This document shows positions 39,489-49,204 of a stretch of DNA of 64,000 bases, in pieces. A program made the position numbers and the translations under genes. The notes below the pieces were generated by a model, which was not told the origin of the DNA, did no database searches, and was given only the letters and a program-made list of their open reading frames with translations. The stretch's first letter is position 1, and every line of letters starts with the position of its first letter. Source of the stretch: an uncultured Candidatus Binatia bacterium (GTDB lineage: Bacteria > Desulfobacterota > Binatia > UBA9968 > JAJDTQ01); NCBI GenBank assembly GCA_965213675.1, contig OZ243916.1, positions 1,408,001 through 1,472,000 of the forward strand. Reading direction: 5' to 3'.

Positions 39489-41168
39489 ATGCACACCGAG
39501 AACGCCATGCGGGCCGTGTACGCCATCCTGATGGCGGTCATCGGCTTCGTCATCCTCATCCCCGTGATGGCGCTGGTCTTCGGGAGCTTCTGGTCGGCCT
39601 CGCCCGTGGCCGCGGGGCATGTCACCCTGGCCAACTGGATCCGCGCCCTCACCATCAGCATTCCGGCGAGCATCCCCACGCTGGTCTTCAATTCGCTGGT
39701 TTTCGCCTTCATGACGGCCGCCATTTCGGTGGTGCTGGGCGTCACCATGGCGTTCCTGGTGGAACGCACCGACATGCCCTACGGCCGGGTTTTCGCCAAG
39801 CTCGGCATCGTCCCCCGGGCCTTTCCCGTGATCATCGCGGCACTGGCCTGGATCCTGCTCCTGAGCCCGCGCATCGGTGTGCTCAACGTTCTCTTTCGAG
39901 AGACCTTCGGCGCCAACCTTTTCAACATCTACTCGTTTCCGGGGATGATCTTCATCATGGTGCTCTACGAGTCGCCCATCGTGTTCCTCATCGCCCTGAA
40001 CGCGTTCCGGCTCATGGACCCGTCGCTGGAAGAACAGTCCATCGCCTGCGGCAACACGGTCATGGGAACGCTCCGCCGGGTGACCCTGCCGGTGCTGCGG
40101 CCGCTGCTCCTGTCGTCGTTCCTGCTGGTCTTCGTCATCGGGCTCATCACGCTGGAGGTGCCCATCCTCATCGGCGCGCCCGGCGGCATCTTTGTCTTCA
40201 CGTCCGCCATCTTCAACCTCATCGCGTCGGACTACCAGTCGCTGATCTACTACAACACCGCGGCGGCCCTGGCGATGATGGTGATCCCCCTGAGCCTGGT
40301 GTCGTTGCTCCTCTACCGTCACCTGGTGCGGCGCGCCGAGAGCTTCGTCACGGTCACCGGCAAGGCCCGGCCCGAGAACGTCCACCGCCTGGGCCCGTGG
40401 CGCTACGTCGCCCTGGCGTGTTGCTCGTTCTATTTTACCGTGGTCATCGTCTTGCCCGCGCTGGTGATCCTGCTGCTGTCCTTCTCGCAGTTCGTGGCCT
40501 CCCCGAGCCTGGACCTGCTGACCCACCTCACCCTCCGGCACTGGGAATCCGCCCTGGGGGACACGGTGTTCTGGCGCGCCCTCACCAACACCTTGATCCT
40601 GTGCTTCACCGGCGCCACCGCCACGGTGCTGATCGCACTGGGCATCGGCTATCTGCTGGTGCGCAGCGGCGTCAAGCTCAAGGGACCCATCGAGGCCGCC
40701 GCCATGCTGCCGCTGGCCTTCCCCGGCACGATTCTCGCCGTGGGTTTCGTGTGGGCCTACATCAAGACGCCGGTCTACGGCACCCTGTGGATCCTGCTGC
40801 TCTACTTCATCGGCAACTACCTGCCGTTCGCGCTGCGGACCCTGAGCCCGTTCCTGTTCCAGTTCCACAAGGAATTCGAGGAGGCGTCGTGGACCTCCGG
40901 CGCCAGCGCCCTCGGCACCATCGTGCGCATCGTCATCCCGTTCCTGCGCGGCGGCCTCTTCTCGGTGTGGATCCTGCTCTTCCAGATCTATCTGCGCGAG
41001 TTCGCCGGCGCCATCATCCTGTTCACCTACGGTAACGAGGTGCTCTCCACCCTGCTCTTCCAGCGCGCCTTCGACGAAGGCTCCTTCGGCATCGGCGCGG
41101 TCATCGGCGTACTCATGCTCGCCCTGTCCCTGGGTCTGCACCTGCTGGTGTCGCGGCGGGCGGGGTAG
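39489..41168 (+). CDS. ABC transporter permease (FbpB-like, two TM domains)
   Basis: ERTDMP, DPSLEE and EFEEAS EAA loops; no ATPase or binding-protein gene adjacent. Confidence 0.85.
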   Translation: MHTENAMRAVYAILMAVIGFVILIPVMALVFGSFWSASPVAAGHVTLANWIRALTISIPASIPTLVFNSLVFAFMTAAISVVLGVTMAFLVERTDMPYGRVFAKLGIVPRAFPVIIAALAWILLLSPRIGVLNVLFRETFGANLFNIYSFPGMIFIMVLYESPIVFLIALNAFRLMDPSLEEQSIACGNTVMGTLRRVTLPVLRPLLLSSFLLVFVIGLITLEVPILIGAPGGIFVFTSAIFNLIASDYQSLIYYNTAAALAMMVIPLSLVSLLLYRHLVRRAESFVTVTGKARPENVHRLGPWRYVALACCSFYFTVVIVLPALVILLLSFSQFVASPSLDLLTHLTLRHWESALGDTVFWRALTNTLILCFTGATATVLIALGIGYLLVRSGVKLKGPIEAAAMLPLAFPGTILAVGFVWAYIKTPVYGTLWILLLYFIGNYLPFALRTLSPFLFQFHKEFEEASWTSGASALGTIVRIVIPFLRGGLFSVWILLFQIYLREFAGAIILFTYGNEVLSTLLFQRAFDEGSFGIGAVIGVLMLALSLGLHLLVSRRAG

Positions 41169-41266
41169 AGGGCCTCTTTTGACGAGCCTGTTCGCCATTG
41201 AGCGGCGAGTGCGTATTTTCCGCTTGACTCTGAAAAACCCATGCCTCAACCGGAGCCGCCGCCAGG

Positions 41267-41530
41267 ATGGAGCAACGCTACGTCAAGGACAGCATCGAAG
41301 CGGACCTGGCGTGGTGTCTGGTTAATACGCGTCATAATCTGCGGGTCTTTTTCGCCGTCGGCTGCGTTGCTCTTCCTCGCGTGGTAACCCCCACTGCTCG
41401 TCATCGCGCCTTGCCGACAACTTAATATTCTCCGCACATTATGACGCGAATTAACCAGACACCACACTAGCGAATCGAATGGTTTTCGTCGGCGGGCCGC
41501 GCCAGGTCGGCAAGACCACGCTGGCTAAGT
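41267..41530 (+). pseudogene. AAA-family ATPase remnant interrupted by a MITE
   Basis: Removing the insert restores MEQRYVKDSIEADLANRMVFVGGPRQVGKTTLA; nothing recognisable downstream. Confidence 0.75.
41310..41466. mobile_element. 157-bp MITE family C
   Basis: TIRs GTGGTGTCTGGTTAATACGCGTCATAAT / ATTATGACGCGAATTAACCAGACACCAC; flanks CTGG and CTAG. Confidence 0.88.
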
Positions 41531-41695
41531 TGAGCCAAGTTCTATATGGCGTGTCCATTCTCATCAGGATCCGGGCAGCAAAGCGGAGGGTTTGGAAGCC
41601 TTCGATCTTTGGCAGTTTCACAATCCTCGACATGATTCGCGGATCCAGAGGAAGGGCTGCTCAGGTGAGTTTCATTTCATGGCGCTCCTCTCCCC

Positions 41696-42103
41696 TCACC
41701 CCTCTTTCCGCTTCGGCGGCGCATAGAGCTGCAACAGATTCCCGTCCGGGTCGAAGAAGTAGAAGCCGCGACCGGAGCGGCGTTCCACCACGGGGACTTC
41801 GTGGATGCGAACGCCGGCCTCGCGCATGCGTGCCTCGGCGGTCTCGAAGTCGTCGCTGTCCACGTAGAACGCCTGGTGGGTGACGCCGTCCTCGGCCAGG
41901 GCGTCCCGGTGGATGGGGTGGGGACGCTGGAACAGCACCACGATGCTGTTGCCGGAGCGCATGTCGGCGCGGCCCAGGCCCCGGAGGTCGTCGCGGGCGA
42001 TGTTGGCCACATCCATGCCCAGCACATCGTGGTAGAAGGCCACCGCCCGGTCGATGTCGTTGACCGGAATGCCGCTGTGATAGAGTCCCTTGGTCTTTAT
42101 CAT
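41696..42103 (-). CDS. VOC/glyoxalase family protein
   Basis: HSGIPVND..RAVAFY, HQAF, YFFDPDGNLLQL; AGGAGG RBS. Confidence 0.9.
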   Translation of the reverse strand: MIKTKGLYHSGIPVNDIDRAVAFYHDVLGMDVANIARDDLRGLGRADMRSGNSIVVLFQRPHPIHRDALAEDGVTHQAFYVDSDDFETAEARMREAGVRIHEVPVVERRSGRGFYFFDPDGNLLQLYAPPKRKEG

Positions 42104-42351
42104 TTCCTGCCTCCTGTGCCTGAAGGGCCTGGCGTCCTGTCATGTGACATCCGGACCGCTTCGTCCGTGAACGTCAAGGAGATCAGTCGCTGGTCTGAAG
42201 GGCCAGGCGTCCTGTCGTCCCCATGCGACAGGACACGCGCACCGTGCTCCATCGAATCCCGGGGGCAAACGTGCTATGCGGGAAATTCCATCATCGACCG
42301 TCACACGACGACAATCCACCGTCCCATGACAACAGCCAGAGGATACCACTG

Positions 42352-43635
42352 ATGAACGAACTGTGCAGACTTTCGGCCAGCGAGGCGGTGACGCGCGTCG
42401 CCAACGGAGAGATCACGTCCGAGGAGTTGACGCGCGCGTGCCTGGAACGCATCGAGGAGCGGGAACCGGCGGTGGAGGCGTGGACGCACCTGGACCCGGA
42501 GTACGCTCTGGCGCAGGCGCGGGAGCGCGACCGCGCGTCGAGCCGCGGGGCGGTCCACGGGCTGCCGTTTGCGGTGAAAGACATCATGGACACCGCGGAC
42601 ATGCCCACGGGCTACGGCTCGCCCATATGGGAAGGCTTCCGGCCCCGGGCGGACGCGGCCTGCGTGGCGCTCACCCGGGCCGCGGGAGGCGTGCTGATGG
42701 GCAAGACCGTGACCACGGAGTTCGCCAGCCGCCATCCGGGCAAGACCCGAAATCCCCACGATCCGACGCACACGCCCGGCGGCTCGTCCAGCGGCTCGGC
42801 CGCGGCCGTGGGAGATTTCATGGCCTTCATGGCGTTCGGCACCCAGACCCTGGGGTCGGTGATCCGGCCGGCGTCCTTCTGCGGCTGTGTGGGCTACAAG
42901 CCCAGCTACGGGGAGATCAGCACCGAGGGGGTGAAGGAGAATACCGGTTCCTTCGACACGGTGGGGCTGTTCGGCCGGGCCGTGGACGACCTGCCGCTGT
43001 TCCGGGCGGCGGTCACGGGCGAACCGGTGCGGCCGTTGGGCCCGGTCTCCTTGAAGGAACTGCGCGTGGGCCTGTGCCGCACGCCGCTGTGGGACAAGGC
43101 GCACGACTACACCAAGGCTCTCGTGGAAGGGGCCGCGGCCGACCTCGCCAAGGCGGGCGCGACGGTCTCGGACTTGGACCTGAGCGGTCCCTTCGCCGAG
43201 TTCGAGCCCATGGGCCGGCGGGTCAGCGACTACGAGATCTCCCGCGCCCTCACTTGGGAACGCACCCACCACTTCGACCTGTTGAGCGAATTCCAGCAGG
43301 GCAAGATGAAGGACTGGCCCGCGGTCTCCTACGAGGAGTACCGGGAGGGGGAGCGGGTCATGGCGGCGTGCCGGGCCTGGCTGGACGAGGCGATGAGGGA
43401 ATTCGACGTGCTGGTGATGCCCAGCGCCCCCGGCGAGGCCCCAACGGGGCTCCTCAACACGGGCGACACGTCGTTCAACATCCTCGCCACCTGGACCCAC
43501 GTGCCGTGCGTGACGCTGCCGCTCTTCAAGGGGCCGTCCGGCCTGCCCGTGGGGCTGCAACTGGTGGGGCACCGCTGCCGGGACCACCGGCTGTTCGAGG
43601 CGAGTCGAACGGTGCTCTCGGCCTTGTCGGGATAG
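42352..43635 (+). CDS. Amidase signature family protein
   Basis: GLPFAVKD, GGSSSGSAAAV, GTQTLGSVIRPAS. Confidence 0.93.
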   Translation: MNELCRLSASEAVTRVANGEITSEELTRACLERIEEREPAVEAWTHLDPEYALAQARERDRASSRGAVHGLPFAVKDIMDTADMPTGYGSPIWEGFRPRADAACVALTRAAGGVLMGKTVTTEFASRHPGKTRNPHDPTHTPGGSSSGSAAAVGDFMAFMAFGTQTLGSVIRPASFCGCVGYKPSYGEISTEGVKENTGSFDTVGLFGRAVDDLPLFRAAVTGEPVRPLGPVSLKELRVGLCRTPLWDKAHDYTKALVEGAAADLAKAGATVSDLDLSGPFAEFEPMGRRVSDYEISRALTWERTHHFDLLSEFQQGKMKDWPAVSYEEYREGERVMAACRAWLDEAMREFDVLVMPSAPGEAPTGLLNTGDTSFNILATWTHVPCVTLPLFKGPSGLPVGLQLVGHRCRDHRLFEASRTVLSALSG

Positions 43636-43706
43636 CCCGCGTTTTCGGAGTCCATGAAGGAGACGGAAGAGGAGTTTACGGGACACGACACCCGGGTTGA
43701 CGCGAC

Positions 43707-44576
43707 ATGTTCCGTTCGGCGATATGGCATCGAGTCCTGCTCTACTCCTTCCCGGTGGTCCTTGTGATAACCCTGAGCCATACTGGCCACCTCGAAAACT
43801 ACTACCTCTACCATCCGGTGCGCGAGATCAGCGCCACCCCGGCCGACTACGGAGTACCCTTCGAGGACGTGCGCTTCCAGGCCGCCGACGGCGTCCGGCT
43901 GCATGGCTGGTACGTCGAACCTCCCGGTCCCGACCGCCCCGTTCTGCTCTGGGCCCACGGCAACGCGGGCAACCTCTCCCACCGCGCGCACAACATCGCC
44001 CTGATCCACAAGGAACTGCGCGCGGGAGTCTTTCTGTTCGACTACCGGGGGTTCGGCCGGAGCGAGGGCAAGCCTTGGGAGTCGGGACTCTATGACGATG
44101 CCCGGGGCGCGTACGCCTGGCTGCGCCAGCGCGTGCCGCCGGAGCGCGTGTTCGTCTTTGGGCGTTCCCTGGGCGCCGCGGTGGCGGTGCGCATCGTGGC
44201 CGAGGGCGCCGCGGCCCGCGGTCTGATCCTCGAATCGCCCTTCGAGACTCTGCTGGCCATCGGAAAGGAGATATTCCCCTTCCTGCCCGTGAGTTGGCTC
44301 GTTTCGCAGAAGTACGACAACGCTGCCTACCTGCCCTTGGTCAGAGTACCCGTGTTCATCCTTCACGGAGACGCCGACGAACTCATCCCTCTCGCTCACG
44401 GCCGGCGGCTCTTCGAGCTGGCCCATCCGCCCAAGCGCTTCCATGTCATCGCGCGATCGGGCCACAACGACACCTGGCTCGCGAGCGGAGCGCCGTATTG
44501 GGACGCCTGGCGCTCGTTTCTGGCGAACCCCGGGCAAGAAGTCCCGCCTTCACAAGGCCCACGGGGCAAGCCCTGA
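43707..44576 (+). CDS. Alpha/beta hydrolase
   Basis: HGNAGN, DYRGFG, GRSLG, HGDADE, GHND. Confidence 0.9.
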   Translation: MFRSAIWHRVLLYSFPVVLVITLSHTGHLENYYLYHPVREISATPADYGVPFEDVRFQAADGVRLHGWYVEPPGPDRPVLLWAHGNAGNLSHRAHNIALIHKELRAGVFLFDYRGFGRSEGKPWESGLYDDARGAYAWLRQRVPPERVFVFGRSLGAAVAVRIVAEGAAARGLILESPFETLLAIGKEIFPFLPVSWLVSQKYDNAAYLPLVRVPVFILHGDADELIPLAHGRRLFELAHPPKRFHVIARSGHNDTWLASGAPYWDAWRSFLANPGQEVPPSQGPRGKP

Positions 44577-44673
44577 ACGGGCGGAGAGGAACCAACCGCG
44601 GGTGCCTCCCTGCCCGTCCCCGCCTGGATTCCCGCTTCCGCGGGAATGACGGAATAGGGATGCGAGCACGACA

Positions 44674-44787
44674 ATATGGTTGACGACTTACCTACAATAT
44701 GGTTACGGACATGAAATGGTGACGGATATGATATGGTTGCGGACTTACCGATATGGTTACGGATATGAGGGTGTGGTACGGACATGG
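44674..44787. repeat. Six degenerate tandem repeats, consensus ATATGGTTACGGA
   Basis: Copies start at 44674, 44697, 44714, 44731, 44751, 44771; locally AT-richer. Confidence 0.7.
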
Positions 44788-44984
44788 GGAGCGGATGCGA
44801 GGATGTCGGGGGACACGGGATGCGGGGATGACCGAAAGCACCGGACCTTCGAAGAGCCCTGACTCACGGGGCTTTTGGTCTCACCCGGCGAGTGTACTAT
44901 GAAAATGTCCCCCCTTGTTGTTTTTGACCATTCGCGCCGCCACGGGCCTGATTCGTGATCCGAACAGAGCCGGGAGGAAACGCT

Positions 44985-46361
44985 GTGGAACGTCTCAACG
45001 CGCTTATCGATTCGGTCAATGCCTTCGCCTGGGGTCCGCCGATGCTTGGCATGCTGGGCGTCACTGGCGTGCTGCTGACGCTGGGCCTGGTGTTCATGCC
45101 GTGGCGCAAGGTCGGCTATGGCTTTCGGCTGCTGTTCGACACCAGCGACGCGGGCGGCGGCGCGGGCGAGGTCAAGCCCTTCAACGCGCTGATGACAGCC
45201 CTGTCCGCCACGGTGGGCACCGGCAACATCGCCGGGGTGGCCACGGCCATCGCCCTGGGCGGACCCGGGGCGATCTTCTACATGTGGGTCATCGCGCTGT
45301 TCGGCATGGCCACCAAGTACGCCGAGGCGGTGTGCGCGGTCACTTACCGCGAGGTGGACGCCAACGGCAAGCATGTGGGCGGGCCCATGTACTACCTCCG
45401 GAACGGCGTGGGCGAATTCGCACCCGAGCTCGGCAAGTGGCTCGGCCTGGGGTTCGCCGTGTTCGGTGCGGTGGCGGCCTTCGGCATCGGCAACGCCGTG
45501 CAGGTCAACTCCATGGCGTCGGCGCTGGCGAACAGTTTCGCCGTCCCCACGTGGATCACCGGCATCGTCGTGGCGGCGCTGGTGGGCGTGGTGGTCCTCG
45601 GTGGCATCGAGCGCATCGGCGAGGTGGCGGGCAAGCTGGTGCCGGCCATGATCGTGCTCTACGTCGGCGCGGCCCTCCTGGTCATCGTCATCAACATCGC
45701 CTCGGTGCCCGCGGCCTTCGGACTGATCTTCACCTACGCCTTCACTCCGGCCGCAGCGGCCGGAGGCTTCGCCGGGGCGGCGGTGGCCGCGGCGGTGCGC
45801 TTCGGCGTGGCCCGCGGCGTGTTTTCCAACGAGTCGGGACTGGGCTCCGCGGCCATCGCCCACGCGGCCGCGCAGACCGACAGCCCGGTGCGCCAGGGCG
45901 TCATCGCCATGCTGGGCACGTTCATCGACACCTTGGTCGTCTGCACCATGACCGCGCTGGTAATCCTGACGTCCGGGGCCTGGACCCTGACCGGGGCGGA
46001 CGGCGGCGGCCTCACCGGCGTGGTGCTCACCTCCGCGAGCTTCGAGAGCACGGTGACCGGGGGCAGCTACATCGTCACCGTGGCGCTGGCGGTCTTCGCC
46101 TTCACCACCATCCTCGGGTGGTCCTACTACGGCGAGCGTTGCTGGCAGTACCTGTTCAGCGAGAACAGCCTGATGGTCTATCGCGTCCTGTGGGTGCTGG
46201 CGGCGTTGATCTTCGCCAATGTCAAGGTGGGGTTCGTGTGGAACCTGGCGGACACCCTCAACGGCCTGATGGCGGTGCCCAACCTCATCGGCCTGCTGCT
46301 TCTGGCGCCCATGGTGTTCAAGGTGACGCGGGAATACTTCGACAAGGCGGACAACCGGTAG
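44985..46361 (+). CDS. Sodium:alanine/glycine symporter (AGCS family)
   Basis: ATVGTGNIAGVA, GGPGAIF, GGPMYY, FSNESGLGS; GGGAGG RBS before GTG. Confidence 0.93.
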   Translation: MERLNALIDSVNAFAWGPPMLGMLGVTGVLLTLGLVFMPWRKVGYGFRLLFDTSDAGGGAGEVKPFNALMTALSATVGTGNIAGVATAIALGGPGAIFYMWVIALFGMATKYAEAVCAVTYREVDANGKHVGGPMYYLRNGVGEFAPELGKWLGLGFAVFGAVAAFGIGNAVQVNSMASALANSFAVPTWITGIVVAALVGVVVLGGIERIGEVAGKLVPAMIVLYVGAALLVIVINIASVPAAFGLIFTYAFTPAAAAGGFAGAAVAAAVRFGVARGVFSNESGLGSAAIAHAAAQTDSPVRQGVIAMLGTFIDTLVVCTMTALVILTSGAWTLTGADGGGLTGVVLTSASFESTVTGGSYIVTVALAVFAFTTILGWSYYGERCWQYLFSENSLMVYRVLWVLAALIFANVKVGFVWNLADTLNGLMAVPNLIGLLLLAPMVFKVTREYFDKADNR

Positions 46362-46431
46362 ACACCGGGCGCGACCCGAGGAAGCCGGCCGAACGCGCCT
46401 CGGCGAACCCTTGCGCCACAGCCGGCCAGTT

Positions 46432-47199
46432 TCAGAAGCCCAGACGGACACCGGCCCGGAAGACGTGATTCTGCATCTCGGCCTCGACGGGCGCGCCGTA
46501 GTTCCAGTCGGGGGTGGAATCGGTTGCGCCCATGTACCGGTAACCCACGTGCAGGACAAGCGAATCCCGCAACCGGTACCCCAGGCCCGCGCCGACCTGG
46601 TACGCGAACACCCAGTCACCGCTTTCGCCGCCGATCTCGTTGAGCACGCGGGCGGAGCTGGGCGGAAGCCCAAGCTGGGCCGCCAGCGAGCCCGACAGTT
46701 CCTCCGGAAGATCGATGTCGTAACGGACGTAGTTCACGCCCAGCCCGCCGCCCAGATACGGCGCCAGACCCATGCCGAGGTCGAAATCGTACCAGGCGTT
46801 GGCCATGAGACCCACCGTGGTGCGGGTGCCGTCGAGGTCCAGGCGGTCGTTGATCCGATTGACGCGCGAGCCCGTGATGGGCCGGTTGTTCAGGTTCAGG
46901 CGGTCGTATTCGATGGCGTCCACGTCCGTCCTCTCCCAGGTAGCCTCACCTTCCACACGCAGTCCCAGCAAGCCAACGCCCGCCGCCACGCTGTAAACGA
47001 GCCCCGAGTCGAAGTCCATGTCGCCAGAGCTGACATCCGACGTGAACTCCGAGGTCGAGCCGCGCGCCAGCCCGAGATCCGCCGCCAGGTAGAGCCCGCT
47101 CTGCGCTTCCGCGGTGGCGGCGATCCATGGAAGCAGACCCAGCAGCGCGAAGGCGCGGAACAGGTTCCCGAGGCTTGCAGGATATGGCGGCTTACACAT
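46432..47199 (-). CDS. Outer-membrane beta-barrel protein (porin/opacity-like)
   Basis: Signal peptide, MANAWYDF, PYLGGGLG, FAYQVGAG, terminal Phe. Confidence 0.85.
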   Translation of the reverse strand: MCKPPYPASLGNLFRAFALLGLLPWIAATAEAQSGLYLAADLGLARGSTSEFTSDVSSGDMDFDSGLVYSVAAGVGLLGLRVEGEATWERTDVDAIEYDRLNLNNRPITGSRVNRINDRLDLDGTRTTVGLMANAWYDFDLGMGLAPYLGGGLGVNYVRYDIDLPEELSGSLAAQLGLPPSSARVLNEIGGESGDWVFAYQVGAGLGYRLRDSLVLHVGYRYMGATDSTPDWNYGAPVEAEMQNHVFRAGVRLGF

Positions 47200-47251
47200 C
47201 GGGAGACTCCCTTGTCCGTCCCTGTAGGTCGAAACTCACAACCCCGTCCAG

Positions 47252-47317
47252 GAGCTTGCGCCGCAGGAATTCGCGAAAGCGAAAGTTCGCCATCGTGAAT
47301 TCCTACGGCGCAAGCTC
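47252..47317. mobile_element. 66-bp MITE family B
   Basis: TIR GAGCTTGCGCCGCAGGAATTC; flanks CCAG / CTGG; overlaps the amidohydrolase stop. Confidence 0.8.
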
Positions 47318-48652
47318 CTGGGTCCCTTCAGGCTGGAACCGTTCGGTGGCGTCGAGGCCGCGCTGGAATTTGAGGTAGGCTTCCCGAGTCATGCGGGGTT
47401 TGTCTTCCCGGAGGATCCGGCGCGCCGCCGCGGCATTGTCGTGGAGCAGGTCGATGGCCGTCATGGCCAGTAGCTTGGCCGACTTCACGTAGACCGAGTC
47501 CTTGTCCACCAGCAGGTAGTTGCGGGTGTGACCGCCCCCGGCGGCGCCGTTCACGTAGGGATGCACGGCCGGCATGATGTGAGACACGTCGCCGAAGTCG
47601 GTGCTGCTGGTACGATGCTCGGCGGTGCGCCTGAAACCGCCGGAGCCGAACAACCGCGCGGCGTTGTCGCCCCAGTGCCGCGCCATGGCGTCGTTGTTGG
47701 TCTGAGGCAGGTAGCCCGGCACCGTGACGATCTCCACCGACGCGCCCACCGCCATGGCCGCGCCGCGAAGGGCGTTGTCTACCTTGCGGTTGGCGTCCAC
47801 GATGGCGTCGATGGTCTTGCCGCGGATGAAGGTCTCCATCTTCACTTCCGCCGGGACCGCGCTCACCGCCTCGCCTCCCTTGGTGATGATCGGGTGGATG
47901 CGGATGGTGTCGTCGTCGTAGAAGGTCTCGCGCTGGTAGGCAATGGCGGTGAGAGCCAGAGACGCGGCGTTGAGGGCGTTGACGCCGGCCTGCGGGCTGC
48001 CGCCAGCGTGGGCCGCCTTGCCGATGAACCGGATCTTCTTGATGAGCGCGCCGTTGGACGACCCCGCCACATGAGAGGCCAGGGTGTCGGTCTTGGTGTG
48101 GAACATCATTGCCAGGTTCACGTCGTCGAAATGGCCCAGCCGGATGAGTTCCGCCTTGCCGGCGAGGAATTCGATCTCGCCCCGCGCCTTGCGCTCAAGG
48201 CGCTCGTCCACATCGATCATCTCCTCCGCGGGGACCGCGAAGAACACCAGCGTGCCGGCAAGCTCCGGCGGCACGTTTGCGGACAGCAGCCCCATGGCGG
48301 CGCCCACCATGCCCGCCACCTGCGCGTTGTGGCCACACGCATGGGCGGCGCCGGTTCCCGGGTCTGCATGGGGATGGTCGAATACCTTGAGCGAATCCAG
48401 CTCCCCCAGGATGGCCAGCGCCGGACCGGACCGGCCGCAGTCCTTGCGGGCCTTGACGCCGGTGACCGCCAGACCCGTCTGCGGCTCCAGTCCGAGGTCG
48501 CGCAGCCGCGCCACCACAAGCTCGGCGGTCCTGAACTCGTTGAAGCCGGTCTCCGGTTGCCGCAGGATGGTTTCGCCGAGGTCGATGATTTCATCCCGGC
48601 GCGCTTCGATGACGCGACAGGCCTCCGCCTTGAGATCGTCCGCCGAGATCAT
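47303..48652 (-). CDS. M20 family amidohydrolase
   Basis: PETGFNE, ELDSL, HACGHN, PAEE, GKAAHAG, STDFGDVS; alternative start at 48676. Confidence 0.9.
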   Translation of the reverse strand: MISADDLKAEACRVIEARRDEIIDLGETILRQPETGFNEFRTAELVVARLRDLGLEPQTGLAVTGVKARKDCGRSGPALAILGELDSLKVFDHPHADPGTGAAHACGHNAQVAGMVGAAMGLLSANVPPELAGTLVFFAVPAEEMIDVDERLERKARGEIEFLAGKAELIRLGHFDDVNLAMMFHTKTDTLASHVAGSSNGALIKKIRFIGKAAHAGGSPQAGVNALNAASLALTAIAYQRETFYDDDTIRIHPIITKGGEAVSAVPAEVKMETFIRGKTIDAIVDANRKVDNALRGAAMAVGASVEIVTVPGYLPQTNNDAMARHWGDNAARLFGSGGFRRTAEHRTSSTDFGDVSHIMPAVHPYVNGAAGGGHTRNYLLVDKDSVYVKSAKLLAMTAIDLLHDNAAAARRILREDKPRMTREAYLKFQRGLDATERFQPEGTQELAP

Positions 48653-48680
48653 GGTCTCCGTTCCATTCACATTCAATCGG

Positions 48681-49163
48681 CTAACGTTGCCGCAGCGCTT
48701 CCTCCAGCAATCCCAGCGCGGCCTCGGTGAAGGTCCACATGTTGGCTTCGCGGTCGGGTTGGCCGGTCTCCACGGTGATGGCCCGCTCCGCCGGCCCGAC
48801 GATGGCCATGCAACTGTGCCCCGCAGCGTCGCCGTAGCGGTTCCCCGCGGGGCCGGTGGCGCCGCTTTCCGCCAGGCCCCAGGTGGCGCCGAGCCGTTCC
48901 CGGATGAGGCGGGCGCAGTCCAACGCGTAGGACTCGGTACTGCCGCGCACGGTCACCTGATCGGCGGGCATTCCCAACAGGCCCGCGCGCGCGTGTCGGG
49001 TGTAGATCACTCCCCCGCCCACAAAATACGCCGAGGCGCCGGGCAGCGACAGCAGCGCCGCGGAGATCAAGCCGCCACTGGACGACTCGGCCACCGCAAT
49101 GGTCTCGTTCCTTTCCCTGAGCAAGTCGCCCACCGCGCGTCCGAGGGTTGTCAGATCCGGCAT
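48681..49163 (-). CDS. CinA / NMN deamidase (PncC-like) family protein
   Basis: AVAESSSGG, PGASAYF, ESGATGP. Confidence 0.88.
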   Translation of the reverse strand: MPDLTTLGRAVGDLLRERNETIAVAESSSGGLISAALLSLPGASAYFVGGGVIYTRHARAGLLGMPADQVTVRGSTESYALDCARLIRERLGATWGLAESGATGPAGNRYGDAAGHSCMAIVGPAERAITVETGQPDREANMWTFTEAALGLLEEALRQR

Positions 49164-49204
49164 GGGTTCTCCTCTTCCCGAAACCCGTTGCGCCGCGTCC
49201 GGGC

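Noticed and set aside
44674-44984. CRISPR array or glycine riboswitch upstream of the symporter
   Set aside because: Repeats are short, degenerate and lack spacers; no cas genes; conserved glycine aptamer motifs not seen
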